A stretch of DNA of 64,000 nucleotides from an uncultured Gemmatimonadales bacterium (GCA_963798845.1 CAWCUS010000006.1:1295060-1359059); one strand, 5' to 3'; positions 28,427 to 44,346 are shown, counted from the first letter of the stretch. Notes: generated by a model not told the origin, from the letters alone. Program-made: numbers and translations.

Positions 28427-30574
28427 ATGGCTCTCCAGCCCCCTGATCGCTTGCCCCCGAGCCCTGATCCCCGTCTCGTCCGTCTCTTTGCCGAGCTGAA
28501 GCGCCGCCGCGTGTTCGGCTCCGGCGCGGCGTACATCGTCGCGGGCGCCCTGGTCATCGAGCTGTCCGGCGCCATCTTCGACGCGCTCCTCCTCCCCGCG
28601 TGGGCCACCCGGCTGGTCACCGTCCTCCTGATCCTCGGATTCCCGGTGGTCATCGTGCTGGCGTGGTTCTTCGACGTCAGCGCCGCCGGGTTCACGCGCA
28701 GCGACCCCGCCCCGGCACGGCGCGGCTCCGGCTCCGGTATGGACCGCCGCGCTCCGGGCGACCTGGCGGAAGCGTTCCGCCGGTCGGGCGGCGTGGTCGT
28801 CCCCGAGGCGCCCCTCCGGCGCCGCCGCTCCCTGGGCCTGGCGGGCGAGGACGGCGCCGGAGCGGGGGCCACGGATGGGTCGGCGGGCGACGCCGCGGGC
28901 GACGACGCCGGGACCGCGCCGGAGGCGGGCGCCGGGGCGCACGGCGGCGCCGCCGCAATGGACCCCGAGCGCGTCCGCCAGGCCACGCTCGGGCACGTCC
29001 GCCACGAGCTCCGCACCCCGATCAACGGGATCATCGGCTACTCCGAGATGCTGATGGAGGACGTGGACCAGCCGGGGCTGGTGGAGGACCTGCAGCGGAT
29101 CCGCGAGTCGGGGCACCGCCTCCTCGACCGCGTGGACGCCCTCCTCCGCCCCGAGCGCCTCCCGCCCGGAGCCCTCGACGACCTGGGCGCGTTCGCCGCG
29201 CAGGTGGAAGTCGACCTGCGCACGCCCATCAACGCGGTGGTCGGCTACGCCGAGATGCTGATCGAGGACTGCGACGAGCCGGGCCGCGAGCATCTCCGCC
29301 CCGACCTCCAGCGCATCCTCGACGCCGCCCGCCGGCTCCTCGCCGCCAGCGGCGACATCGTGGGGATCGCCGCCGCCGGCCGCGCGGACGCCGCCGACAC
29401 CGCCGGGTCCGCGTCGTCTTCGGCCGCGACGCTGGCGGCGAGCGCCGCGCTCACGCAGGGGGTGCTGGCGAAGATCCGCCCGGTGTCGCCCGGCGAGACG
29501 GGAGCGGAGGGGGAGGGCCGGCTGCTGGTGGTGGACGACAACGAGACCAACCGCGACCTCATCTCCCGGCAGCTCGCCCGCTGCGGCTACATCGTCGCGA
29601 CCGCGGAGAACGGGAGGGCGGCGCTGGACCTGATGGACGCGCAGTCGTTCGACCTGGTGCTGCTCGACATGATCATGCCGGTCATGGACGGCGTGGAGAC
29701 GCTCCGGCGGATCCAGGCGTCCGAGCGCCACGGCGCCACGCCGGTGATCATGCTCTCCTCGCTCGACGAGGCGGACAGCGCCGTCCGCTGCATCGAGATG
29801 GGCGCCGCAGACTACCTGGCCAAGCCGGTCCAGCCCACGCTCCTCGAGGCGCGCATCGCCGCCGCGCTCGACCTGCGCGAGATGCGCCGCCGCGAGGACG
29901 CGTATCGCAAGCGCATCGCTGCCGACTACGACCTCCTCGACCGCCTTCTGCGCGGCACGTTCGCCGACGTGGTGCTCGAGCGTGTGCTGGCCGGCGACCT
30001 CGACATCTGCCACAGCTGGGCCAATGCGGCGGTGGTGGCGTGCCGGCTCCCCGCCGACCTCCGCCCCGTTCCCGGCGCGGACGCGCCCGAGCGCGTGGCG
30101 GGGCTGCGCGAGATCCTCTCCCGCTTCGAGGAGGTCGCCCGCACCCACGAAGTGGACGCGGTGGTTTGGCGACCCGACGGCTTCGTGGCCGTGGTCGCCG
30201 GGACCGGCGACGCCCGGGACGCCGCCGCCGATGCGGCCCGGCTCGCCCTCGCCACCGTGGCGGCTCTGGACGGTGTGGCCGCGAGGCTGGCGCTGCACTC
30301 GGGCGATGTCGTGGGCGGCGTCGTCGGGCGCGACCGGCCGCGCTTCGAGCTCTGGGGCGAGGCCGTGGACGCGGCAGCCGCGCTGGCGGCCACGGCTTCG
30401 CCGGGAAGCGTGCTGGTCACGCCGGCGGCCCACGCGCTGGTGCGCGAGCGTTTCCGCCTGGAGCCGAGGGGCGTGGTGAACGTGCCCGGGAGCGGGCAGA
30501 CGCGAGTGCACGCCCTCGCCGGTGAGGTCGAGGACGAGAGCGCGCCGGTGCGGAAGGAGATCGCCGGCCGATAG
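28427..30574 (+). CDS. 2TM - HisKA - HisKA-like - REC - degenerate adenylate/guanylate cyclase protein
   Basis: ELKRRRVF TM module; HELRTPINGIIGYSEML; VDLRTPINAVVGYAEML; VVDD..LLDMIMP..KP; RLALHSGDVVGGVVG..FELWGEAVD. Confidence 0.82.
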   Translation: MALQPPDRLPPSPDPRLVRLFAELKRRRVFGSGAAYIVAGALVIELSGAIFDALLLPAWATRLVTVLLILGFPVVIVLAWFFDVSAAGFTRSDPAPARRGSGSGMDRRAPGDLAEAFRRSGGVVVPEAPLRRRRSLGLAGEDGAGAGATDGSAGDAAGDDAGTAPEAGAGAHGGAAAMDPERVRQATLGHVRHELRTPINGIIGYSEMLMEDVDQPGLVEDLQRIRESGHRLLDRVDALLRPERLPPGALDDLGAFAAQVEVDLRTPINAVVGYAEMLIEDCDEPGREHLRPDLQRILDAARRLLAASGDIVGIAAAGRADAADTAGSASSSAATLAASAALTQGVLAKIRPVSPGETGAEGEGRLLVVDDNETNRDLISRQLARCGYIVATAENGRAALDLMDAQSFDLVLLDMIMPVMDGVETLRRIQASERHGATPVIMLSSLDEADSAVRCIEMGAADYLAKPVQPTLLEARIAAALDLREMRRREDAYRKRIAADYDLLDRLLRGTFADVVLERVLAGDLDICHSWANAAVVACRLPADLRPVPGADAPERVAGLREILSRFEEVARTHEVDAVVWRPDGFVAVVAGTGDARDAAADAARLALATVAALDGVAARLALHSGDVVGGVVGRDRPRFELWGEAVDAAAALAATASPGSVLVTPAAHALVRERFRLEPRGVVNVPGSGQTRVHALAGEVEDESAPVRKEIAGR

Positions 30575-30592
30575 CGCCGGCACCGGCCGGGG

Positions 30593-30970
30593 TCAGGCGG
30601 TGGAAACGTCCCCGATCAGTGCTTCGATCTTCCCCAGCAGCCGCTTCAGCTCCACCGGCTTCGTGTCGAAATCGTCGCAACCCGCCGCCCTCGCCTTGTC
30701 CTCGTCCCCCGACATGGCGTGCGCTGTGAGCGCGATCACCGGGATGGCCGCCGTGGAGGGATCCTCCTTCAGCGCGCGCGTGGCCGTCCATCCGTCGATC
30801 ACGGGAAGACTCATGTCCATCAGCACGATGGCCGGGTCCTCCGTCCTTGCCATGTCGACGCCCTGCTGCCCGTCCGTCGCGATCACCACGTCGTAGCCGC
30901 GCTTGATCAACCGCCGCGACAGCATGTCGCGGTTCATCTCGTCGTCTTCCACCAGCAGGATCTTCGGCAC
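30593..30970 (-). CDS. Single-domain response regulator (DivK-like)
   Basis: LLVEDD, LMDMSLP, ALTAHAM, TKP. Confidence 0.95.
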   Translation of the reverse strand: MPKILLVEDDEMNRDMLSRRLIKRGYDVVIATDGQQGVDMARTEDPAIVLMDMSLPVIDGWTATRALKEDPSTAAIPVIALTAHAMSGDEDKARAAGCDDFDTKPVELKRLLGKIEALIGDVSTA

Positions 30971-31000
30971 TACGTCTCCTTCTGTTTCAGGGGGTTCGCT

Positions 31001-34000
31001 TCATGTGCCACTTCGCGCCGCGACCGCCCGCCGGTCCGGCGCAACCAGGATCCGGAGCGCATCCAGCAGCGCTCTGGTGCCCATCTCGTCCTTGCTGAAA
31101 ACGCCAGCCACCGAGCCGTTGAGTCTCGCCCGGTCCTCGCGCGTCAGGTCCTTCGCCGTGATCACCACCACGGGCACGTCCCGCCACTCCGGCCGCAGCC
31201 GGAGCGCTGCGGTGAACTCGAAGCCGTCCATGGCCGGCATCAGCAGGTCCAGAAGGACGAGCTGCGGCTCGACTTCCGCCATGGCCTCGAGGGCGACGCG
31301 GCCGTTCTCCGCCAGCGCCGGCTCGAAGCCGCCCTCGCGGACCAGCCGCGCCAGGCGATCCCGGTCGGCGGGGTCGTCGTCCACCACCAGCACGCGCGCG
31401 CCCGCGGCCGGGCACAGCCGCTGCAGCACCGCCGCCAGCCGCGCCGGCTCCACCGGCTTCGTCATGTAGTCGGCCGCGCCCAGGGAGAAGCCCAGGCTCT
31501 GCTCGTCCACCATGGTCACCATGATGACGGGGATCTCGGCCAGGGACGGCTCCTGCTTCAGCGCGCTCAGGACTTCCCATCCGTCCATTCCGGGCATGAG
31601 CACGTCCAGCAGGATCGCATCCGGCCGCGCCACTCTCGCCCGCTCCAGACCCGACGGGCCGTCCAGCGCCGCGTCCACCCGGTACCCCTTCTTCGTCAGC
31701 GCCCGCTGGAGGAGGTCGTGGACGTGCGGGTCGTCGTCGATCACCAGGATCGTCCCGGCCGAGCCCGTCCCGACGCTCTCGGGCACGCTCTCCTCCGCTT
31801 CCGGCTCCGGCACCTCGCGCGCGAGGCGCACCGTGAACGTGGTCCCTTCGCCAGGCACGCTGTCCACCGTGATGTCCCCGCCCATCATGCGCGCGAAGCG
31901 CCGGCTGATCACCAGGCCCAGGCCCGTTCCCCCGTACTTGCGGGTGGTCGAGGCATCCGCCTGCGTGAACGCTTCGAACAGGCGCGCCATCTGGTCCGCG
32001 GTCATCCCGATCCCGCTGTCGCCCACGCTCATGACCACGTCGTCGCCGTCCACCCGGGCGCTCAGTGTGACCCTCCCGCCTTCGGTGAACTTCGCCGCGT
32101 TCGAGAGCAGGTTCAGCAGGATCTGCCGGATCTTGGTCACGTCCGCGCGCATGCTCCCGAGATCCGGCTCCAGCTCGACCACGAGCCGGTTCCCGTTCTT
32201 CGCCACCAGCGGCGCCACAGTGGCCTCCACCTCGCCCACGAGATGCGCGAGGTCGAAGGTCTCCAGATACAGCTCCGTCTTCCCGGCTTCGATCTTCGAC
32301 AGGTCGAGGATGTTGTTGATCAGGGCGAGCAGATGCTTGCCCGCCGCGGAGATCTTGCCCAGGTCGACCGCCAGGCCGTCAGCGCCGTCGTCCTCCGCAT
32401 CCTCCAGGAGCATCTCGCTGTAGCCGATGATGGCGTTCAGCGGCGTGCGGAGCTCGTGGCTCATGTTCGCCAGGAACTGGCTCTTCGACCGGTTGGCGGA
32501 CTCCGCGTCCCGCCTCGCCTGCCGCAGCTCCGAGACGTCGTGGTACATCGCGATGTACCCGACCGGCTCCCCACGAACGAGCACCGGGATGGAGAACAGC
32601 TCCACGTCCACCGGCCGACCGTCCTTGCGGCGCCGCTGACCGAACCCGTGCGCCACGTTCCCCGCCAGCGTGAGCTGCGTGTAGTCCGCCGCCTCCGATG
32701 CCGTCTGCTCCGTGGCCACCAGGTCGTCCAGGTACGCGCCCACCACCTCGCCTTCCTCGTAGCCGAACAGCTCGAGGAAGGCCGGGTTGCACGACTGCAC
32801 GCGGAACTCAATGTCCAGGTTCGCCACTGCCACGGGGTTGTTGCTCACCAGCGCGGCGTAGTAGCGCTGCGCCGCCTCGTACAGGCGAGCGTTCTCGATG
32901 GCGATCGCCGCCTGCGGGCCGAACAGGTTCAGCAGCTGGACGTCCCCCTCGCCGAACGAACGCGAGGCGTCCGAGTGCACTGCGGCGACGACGCCCACCA
33001 GCCGGCTCCCGACCAGCAGCGGGATTCCGAGGACGCCCTGGACGGACGACTGGTCGTACGACCGCGCCCGCCCCTCCCACTCCTGGTAGCGCGGGATGAT
33101 GAGCGGCTCCTTGCTTCGCGCCACGTGGCCCATCACGCCGCTGTCCATGGAGATGCGCGTGCCCACCGCGTTGTGCTCCATGCCGTGGCTCGCCGCCACG
33201 AGCAGCCCGGCGCGGGCGTCATCGTAGATGGCCAGCTCCCCGCCCGCGCACCCCAGCAGCTTCACTGCCCGCTCCAGCACGCCCTGGAGCACGGGCTCCA
33301 GCTCGAGCTCGCCGACCATGTCCCGCGTGGTCTCCAGCAGCGCCCGCTGCTCTTCCGCCCGCCGGTGCTCCGACTCGAACAGGCGCGCGTTCTCGATGGC
33401 GACCGCCGCCTGCGGCGCGAACAGCTCGATCAGCCGCAGCTCCTCCTCGCCGAACTGCCGGTCCGCGTTCGATTCCACCACCGCGATCACTCCCACCAGC
33501 CGCTCGCCGATCTGGAGTGGGGCAGCGAGCACCGTCTGGACCTGGTCGTTCGCGTACTTCTGCGAACGTCCCGCCCACTCCTGGTAGCGCGGGATGATCA
33601 TGGGCTCCTGCGTCACCGCCACGTTCCCCATGGCGCCCTCGCCCATGTTCATGTGCGTGTCGATGCTGTCCACGACCATGTTGTGACTCGCCGCGATCAC
33701 CAGCTCGTTGGCCGCTTCATCGTAGATCGCCAGCTCGCCGCCCGTCACGCCCAGCAGCTCCACCGCGCGCACCAGCACCTCGTGCAGCACGCGGCCAACC
33801 TCCAGCTCGCCGGAGAGCGCCCGCAGCGTCTCCAGCAGCGCCCGCTGCTCCTCGGTCCGGCGCAGCTCCGCGGTATACAGCCGCGCGTTCTCGATGGCGA
33901 TCGCCGCCTGAGACGCGAACAGGTTCAGCAGCCGCAGGTCGGACTCCCCGAACTCGTGGCGCGGGTCCGAGTGCACGCCGGCAATGGCGCCCACGAGACG

Positions 34001-34792
34001 GTTCTCGATGAGCAGCGGCGCCACCATGACCGCCTGCACGGGATCGAGGGCGTACTGCCCCGAGCGCCCCGCCCACTTCTGGTAGTTCGGGATGATCACC
34101 GGCTCGTGCGTCTCGGCGACCCGGCCCATCGCGCCCTCACCGAGCGCCATCCGCGTCCCGGTCGAGTCGCTCCCCAGGTTCAGGCTTGCGACCACCACCA
34201 GCTCATTCGCCGCCCTGTCGAACACCGCGAGCTCGCCGCCCGTCACGCCCAGGAGCGGGACCGCGCGTTCCAGCACCGCGCGCAGCACCCGGTCCAGCTC
34301 CAGCTTCCCCGACAGGTCGGAGAGCGTGTCCAGCAGCGCCTGCTGCTCCGATGCGCGGTGCCGCTCCGCCAGCAGCAGCCGGGCACGTCCGATCCCGATG
34401 CTCGCCTGGTTCGCCGCCGCGGCCAGGATCTCCAGGTCGCCCTGATCGAAAGCCTGGCCGGCCTGCCGCTCCACCACCAGCTCGCCAATGGTGCTGTGGT
34501 CCACGCGCAGCGGGAGGCGGAGCTGCGCGCGGTCGTCCGCGTCTCCCTCGAGCTTCCCCGCCGACGCCCGCAGCTGGGGGGCGAACGTGGACGTGCCGGC
34601 CAGGAACAGCCCCACGGCCTCGAAGCCGAAGGACGGGTGCCGCAGCCCGTCCACCACCGCCCGGCACACCTCGTCCTCGTCCTTCGCTTCGGCGATCCGC
34701 GTGCTCAGGCGCAGCAACGCCGAGCGGAGCGTCGCGAGCTCCCCCGGACCGCTCACTGGCGGATCGCCCGTGCCACCACGCGACGGCCTCAC
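31001..34792 (-). CDS. Hybrid histidine kinase GAFx4-PAS-HisKA-HATPase-REC-REC
   Basis: Repeated QAAIAIENARL, SHELRTPLNAIIG, NLLSNAAKFT, GGTGLGL, two REC; GTGA-coupled start (alternative 34756). Confidence 0.9.
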   Translation of the reverse strand: MRPSRGGTGDPPVSGPGELATLRSALLRLSTRIAEAKDEDEVCRAVVDGLRHPSFGFEAVGLFLAGTSTFAPQLRASAGKLEGDADDRAQLRLPLRVDHSTIGELVVERQAGQAFDQGDLEILAAAANQASIGIGRARLLLAERHRASEQQALLDTLSDLSGKLELDRVLRAVLERAVPLLGVTGGELAVFDRAANELVVVASLNLGSDSTGTRMALGEGAMGRVAETHEPVIIPNYQKWAGRSGQYALDPVQAVMVAPLLIENRLVGAIAGVHSDPRHEFGESDLRLLNLFASQAAIAIENARLYTAELRRTEEQRALLETLRALSGELEVGRVLHEVLVRAVELLGVTGGELAIYDEAANELVIAASHNMVVDSIDTHMNMGEGAMGNVAVTQEPMIIPRYQEWAGRSQKYANDQVQTVLAAPLQIGERLVGVIAVVESNADRQFGEEELRLIELFAPQAAVAIENARLFESEHRRAEEQRALLETTRDMVGELELEPVLQGVLERAVKLLGCAGGELAIYDDARAGLLVAASHGMEHNAVGTRISMDSGVMGHVARSKEPLIIPRYQEWEGRARSYDQSSVQGVLGIPLLVGSRLVGVVAAVHSDASRSFGEGDVQLLNLFGPQAAIAIENARLYEAAQRYYAALVSNNPVAVANLDIEFRVQSCNPAFLELFGYEEGEVVGAYLDDLVATEQTASEAADYTQLTLAGNVAHGFGQRRRKDGRPVDVELFSIPVLVRGEPVGYIAMYHDVSELRQARRDAESANRSKSQFLANMSHELRTPLNAIIGYSEMLLEDAEDDGADGLAVDLGKISAAGKHLLALINNILDLSKIEAGKTELYLETFDLAHLVGEVEATVAPLVAKNGNRLVVELEPDLGSMRADVTKIRQILLNLLSNAAKFTEGGRVTLSARVDGDDVVMSVGDSGIGMTADQMARLFEAFTQADASTTRKYGGTGLGLVISRRFARMMGGDITVDSVPGEGTTFTVRLAREVPEPEAEESVPESVGTGSAGTILVIDDDPHVHDLLQRALTKKGYRVDAALDGPSGLERARVARPDAILLDVLMPGMDGWEVLSALKQEPSLAEIPVIMVTMVDEQSLGFSLGAADYMTKPVEPARLAAVLQRLCPAAGARVLVVDDDPADRDRLARLVREGGFEPALAENGRVALEAMAEVEPQLVLLDLLMPAMDGFEFTAALRLRPEWRDVPVVVITAKDLTREDRARLNGSVAGVFSKDEMGTRALLDALRILVAPDRRAVAARSGT

Positions 34793-37781
34793 GGCACCCG
34801 CTCTTCCGGCGCGCCGCCCGCCGCATTCCCGGCCGCCGGGGCACCCCGGCGCTCGAGGATCGTGCGCAGCAGGTGCGACAGCAGGTCCAGGCTGTCCTCG
34901 TCCTTGCGACACACCGTCGCCACCGACCCGTTCAGCTCCGCCCGCTCCGCCGCCGTCAGCTCCCGCCCGGTCACCACCACCACGGGCAGGTCCCGCCACA
35001 CCGGGTCCGCGCGCAGGTGCGCCGCCAGCGCGAAGCCGTCCATCTCCGGCATCACGAGGTCGAGCAGCACGAGGCTGGGGTCGATCGTCTCCAGCCGCTC
35101 CAGGGCCACGACGCCGTTCTCCGCCTCGACCGGCCGCCAGCCCGCCTCCCGGACCACGCGCGCCAGCCGCTCCCTCGCGGCCGGATCGTCGTCCACCACC
35201 AGCACGGTGGCCTCCGGGTCCGGGCACAGCCGCCGCAGAACGGACAGCAGGCGAGGCGGGTCCACGGGCTTGACCAGGTAGTCCGTGGCCCCGAGCGAGA
35301 AGCCGAGGCTCCGGTCGTCCAGCATGGTCACCATGACCACCGAGATGTCGCTCAGCTCCGGGTCCTCCTTCAGCGCGGTCAGCACCGACCACCCGTCCAC
35401 GCCCGGCATCAGCACGTCCAGCAGCACCACCTCCGGGCGCAGCGACCGCGCACGCGCCAGCCCGCCGGCCCCGTCCAGCGCCCCCTCCACCCGGAACCCG
35501 TCCCTGGACAGCATGCGCCGCAGCAGGTCGTGCACGCTCGGGTCGTCATCGATCACCAGCACCGTACCCGCCTCCCCCGTGCCCACGCCGTCGTCGATGG
35601 CCTTGCCGCTGCGCGCGGCCGGGGGCGAGTGCGTGCCCGCGACCGGGTCCGCTCCGCCCCCCGGAGCGCTCGCGACGGCGGCCGCCCGCACGTCGACCGG
35701 CAGCCGAACGGTGAACGTCGTCCCCTCCCCGTGGACGCTGGCCACGTCGATGTCCCCGCCCATCATCCGGCAGAAGTGACGGCTGATCACCAGCCCCAGC
35801 CCCGTGCCACCGTACTTCTTGGTGGTGGACGCCTCCGCCTGGCTGAACGCCTGGAAGAGCCGGCCCAGCTGCTCCTCCGTCATCCCAATGCCCCGGTCGG
35901 TGACGCGCATCTCCACCTCGCCGCGCGACCCGGGAGCGGGCGCCACCTCCAGGCGGATCTCGCCCTGCTCCGTGAACTTCGACGCGTTCGACAGCAGGTT
36001 CAGCAGCACCTGCCGCACCTTGGTCACGTCCGCGGTCATCCCGCCCACCCCGTCCGCCACGCCCACCACCAGACGGTTGCCGTTCCGCTGCACCAGCGGC
36101 AGGATCGTCGCCTCCACTTCCCCCACCAGCTCCCGCACGTCGAACGGCTCGAGGAACAGCTCCGTCTTCCCGGCCTCGATCTTCGACAGGTCCAGGATGT
36201 CGTTGATGAGCGCCAGCAGGTGACGCCCCGCTGTGTGGATCTTCTGGAGGTCCGGGACGTAGCCGTCCTGGCCGTCGTCCTCCGCCTCCTCCTGGAGCAT
36301 CTCGCTGTAGCCGATGATCGCGTTCAGCGGCGTGCGCAGCTCGTGGCTCATGCTCGCCAGGAACCGGCTCTTCGCCTGGTTCGCCCGCTCCGCCTCCCGC
36401 CTCGCCTCCAGCAGATCGCTCACGTCGTGGTACAGCGCCATCATCCCCACCGGCTCCCCGTCCGCTTCCACCCGCACCGCCAGCAGCTCCACTTCCACGA
36501 TCCCGCCGTCCTTGCGCGTGCGCTCCGCCAGACCGTGCGTGATGTGGTCCCTCGCCGACCGCGTGTACCCGACCGCTTCCGCCCGCTGCTCCGCGCTCGT
36601 GATCAGCTCGTCCAGGTTCCGACCCACCACCTCTTCCAGCCGGTAGCCGAACAGCTTCTCGAACGCCGGGTTGGCGGTGACGATGTTCTCGTCCAGGTCC
36701 AGCGTCACGATGGCGACGGGGCTGTTGCGCATGACGGCCGCCAGGTACTCCCGCTCCCGCTTCGCCGTCTGGTACTGCCGGGCCTTCGAGATCGCGATGG
36801 CCGCCTGCTGACCGAACAGGTTCAGGAGCCGCAGCTCCGCTTCCGAGAACGATTTCGCGGGGTCCTCGTGCCACACGTTGATCGCGCCCACCGGCCGCCC
36901 CCCCATGAGCAGCGGCACCACCAGCGCGGCGCGTGCGTCGATCTCGGTGTACTGCTCCGACCGGCCGGGCCACGTCCGGTAGTCCGGGATGTTCATCATC
37001 TCCCCGGTCTCCACCACGTGCCCCATCGCCCCCTCCCCGTACTTCAGCCGCGTGCCGAGCGAGCTTTCCGCCATGTTGTGGTTCGAGACGACGACGAGCT
37101 CCCCGTCCGCGGCCTCGTAGATCGCCAGCTCGCCGCCCGCCGCCCCCAGCAGCGTCACCGACCGCTCCAGCACCGCGTCCAGCAGCGGCTCCAGCTCCAG
37201 CTCCGCCGACAGGTCCGCCACGGTGTCCAGCAGCGCCGCCTGCGCGTCCGCGCGCTGCCGCTCCGCCGCCAGCAGCCGGTAACGCCCCAGCGCCATGCCG
37301 GCGTGGCGCGCGGCCGCTTCCAGGATCTCGAAGTCGCGCGCGCCGAAGGCTTCCGGCGAGGCGCTCTCCACCACGAGGACGCCCAGCGCCTCGTCGCCGT
37401 CCAGGATCGGCACGTCCACTTCCGAGCCGGTCCCCAGCCCCGGCACGTACTCCGGGTCCTCCGCCACGCGCGGCGTGAAATGCAGCTGCCGTTTCCGGAT
37501 CGCCCGGCCGGACAGGCCGGAGTGGGCGGGGAGCCGGAGGTCGGCCGGGATGTCGTCCCAGCCCACGCTCGCCCGCATCACCCGGTCGCCCGTCCCCTCG
37601 TCGAGGAGGAACACGCCCACGAAGTCGTAGCCGAGGGCGTCGTCGCGCAGGCCGTCCACCACCGCCCGGCAGATCGCCCGCTCGTCCCGCGCCGCGGCGA
37701 TCCCCGTGCTCAGTCGCAGCAGCGCCGACTGGCGACGCTCGATCGCGGAATCGGCCGCACGGGCGGCAACTCGCTCCCCGG

Positions 37782-37785
<4 letters not shown>
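34789..37785 (-). CDS. Hybrid histidine kinase GAFx2-PAS-HisKA-HATPase-REC-REC
   Basis: Same motifs; GTGA overlap with upstream kinase stop. Confidence 0.9.
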
Positions 37786-41385
<3,600 letters not shown>

Positions 41386-41389
<4 letters not shown>

Positions 41390-44112
41390 GACGCACCCCC
41401 TTCCGCCACGGCCAGCGGCGCCGCGCCCGTGGCCATGGCCGACGAGTCGCGCGGGAGGCGGGCCGTGAACGTGGAGCCGACGCCGGGCTCGCTCTCCACG
41501 CTGAGGTCGCCGCCGAGCATGCGGCAGAAGCGGCGGCTGATGACCAGCCCGAGTCCCGTGCCGCCGTACTTCCGGGACGTGGTGGCCTCCGCCTGGCTGA
41601 ACGCCTGGAACAGCCGGCCCAGCTGCGCCTCGGTCATGCCGATCCCCGTGTCCGTCACGTGCACCAGCACGTCGTCCGGCCCGGCGTCCACCTCCGCCCG
41701 CACCGTGATCCGCCCGGACTCGGTGAACTTGCACGCGTTGGACAGCAGGTTCAGCAGCACCTGCCGCACTTTCACAGCGTCCGTGACCGCCCACCCCGTG
41801 CCCTCGCCGAGGCTCACCACGAGCTCGTTCTGGTTCGAACGCATGAGCGGCTGCACCGTGGCCTCCACTTCGCCGATCAGCGCGTGCAGGTCCACCCGCT
41901 CCGTCACCACTTCCGTCTTCCCGGCCTCGATCTTCGACAGGTCCAGGATGTCGTTGATGAGCGCCAGAAGGTGGCGTCCGGCCCAGCTGATCTTCTCCAG
42001 GTCCGGGATGAAGTCTTCCTGCCCCGCGTCCGCCGCCTCCTCCCCCAGCATCTCGCTGTAGCCGATGATCGCGTTCAGCGGCGTGCGCAGCTCGTGGCTC
42101 ATGTTCGCCAGGAACTGGCTCTTCGCCTGGTTCGCCGACTCCGCCTCCCGCCTCGCCTCCAGCAGCTCCGTCACGTCGTGGTACAGCGCCAGGATCCCCA
42201 CCCGCTCGCCCGCCAGCTCCACCGGCACACCCGCCAGCTCCACGTCCAGGTACGTCCCGTCCTTTCGACGACGCTTCCCGATCCCGTGCGCCAGCCGCCC
42301 CGACGCCGCGGCCTCCGTGTAGTCCACCGCCTCGCTCAGCGTCTCCGCCGTGTTGATCAGCGAGTCCAGGTTGCGCCCCAGCGCCTCGTCGCGCGCGTAC
42401 CCGAACAGCCGCTCGAACGCCGGGTTCAGCTCCGACACGTTGCCGTCCAGGTCCAGCGTCACGATCGCGACCGGGCTGTTCTGCACCACCGCCTCGAAAT
42501 AGCGACGCTGGCGCTGGCCCTCCGTGTACAGGCGAGCGTTCTCGATCGCGATCGCCGCCTGCGGCGCGAACAGGTTCAGCAGCCGGAGGTCCGCTTCGCC
42601 GAACGTGCGGTCCGCCTCCGTGTGCACGCTCGCCAGCGTACCCACCAGCCGCTGCCCGATCAGAAGCGGCACCACCATCACGCCCAGGGCCGTGGTCTCC
42701 TCGTACTTGTCCGACCGGCCCTCCCACTCCTGGTAGTTCGGGATGATCAGCGGCTCGTGCGTCTCCGCCACCTGCCCCATCGCCCCCTCGCCGGGCGCCA
42801 TCCGCGTCCCCGTGCTGTCGCCCCCAATGTTGTGGCTGGCGACGATCTCCAGCTCCCCCTCGTCGTCGTGGTAGATCGCCAGCTCCCCGCCGGTCACCCC
42901 GAGCAGCGACACCGCCCGCTTCAGCACCGACTCCAGCAGCTTCGAAAGCTCCAGCTCGCCCGACAGGTCCCGCATCGTGTCCAGCAGCGCCCGCTGCTCC
43001 TCCGCCCGGCGCCGCTCGCCCGCGAACAGGCGAGCGTTGTCAATGGCGATCGCCGCTTGCGGCGCGAACATGTTCAGCAGCCTGAGGTCCGCGTCGCCGA
43101 ACGTCCGGTCCGCTTCCGTGTGCACGCTCGCCAGCGTGCCCAGCAGACGGTGGCCCACCAGCAGCGGGACCACCATCACCCCCCGGGCCGTGGTCTCTTC
43201 GTACTGGTCCGAGCGACCGGTCCACTCCTGGTAGTTCGGGATGATCAGCGGCTCGTGCGTCTCCGCCACCCGACCCATGGCCCCCTCCCCCGGCCGCATC
43301 CGCGTGCCCGTCGAGTCGCTCCCAATGTTGTGGCTGGCGACGATCTCCAGCTCCCCCTCGTCGTCGTGGTAGATCGCCAGCTCCCCGCCCGTCACCCCCA
43401 GCAGCGACACCGCCCGCTCCAGCACCCGCTGCAGCACTTTCGACAGCTCCAGCTCCCCCGACAGGTCCTGCATCGTCTCCAGAAGCGCCCGGTGCTCCTC
43501 CGCCCGCAGTCGCTCCCGCTCCAGGAGGCGCACCCGACCGATCGCCAGCCCCGCCTGCTGCGCCGCCGCCCGGAGCACGTCGAAGTCGCGCTGGTCGAAC
43601 GCCTCCGGATCCCGGCTCTCCACCACCAGCACGCCGACGACTTCGCCACGATCCAGCACCGGCACGTCCACTTCCGCGCCCGTCCCCAGCGTCGGGACGT
43701 ACGTCCGCACTTCCGTCACCCGCGGCGTGTAGTGGAGCTCGCCGTCCGACACGGCACGGTGCGAGATCCCGCTCCCCGGCGGGACCCGCATCCCCGCCTC
43801 CGCGCCGCGCCACCCCTGGCTCGCGTGCAGCACCCGGTCCCCCGTCTCCGCATCCAGCAGGAAGATCCCCAGGAAGTCGTAGCCCAGCGCCGGGTCGGTC
43901 AGCCCCTCGATCACGCTGCGGCACACCCCGTCCTCGTCGCCGGCCGCGGCGATCGCCGTGCTCAGGCGGAGCAGCGCATTCTGACGGGCATGCGAAGCAT
44001 CCGGCCGGAGGGTGCCGGCCGTGGCAGGATGGGAACTCAAGCGGTTGGCCTCGGTGCGGGGAGGGGGGGACGCCGGAGCCTCAATGATCGGCCGAGAAGC
44101 CCGGGCCGTCAA
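41386..44112 (-). CDS. Histidine kinase GAFx3-PAS-HisKA-HATPase (start uncertain)
   Basis: RQNALLRLS, GAF repeats, NPAFERLFGY PAS, SHELRTP, GGTGLGL. Confidence 0.88.
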
Positions 44113-44346
44113 TGATCGTCAATGTGGAGAAGCACGGGTCCGCCTCGTCCGGCGTGGGGCCGCTCGCCTCGCGGCTCGCTGCCGCGCGCGCGGGGAAAGG
44201 CGGCCACGGCCCCGCAGGACGGGGTCTGAAGCGCGGGCGGGGCGGGGGGCGGGGGGTCGACCCTCGAATCGCCGCGAAGCGGCGGCGCCCGCTTCGAATC
44301 CTCGCGGAGCGAGGTGCGGCCGCCCGCGCCAGCGGGCCGCCGCATT

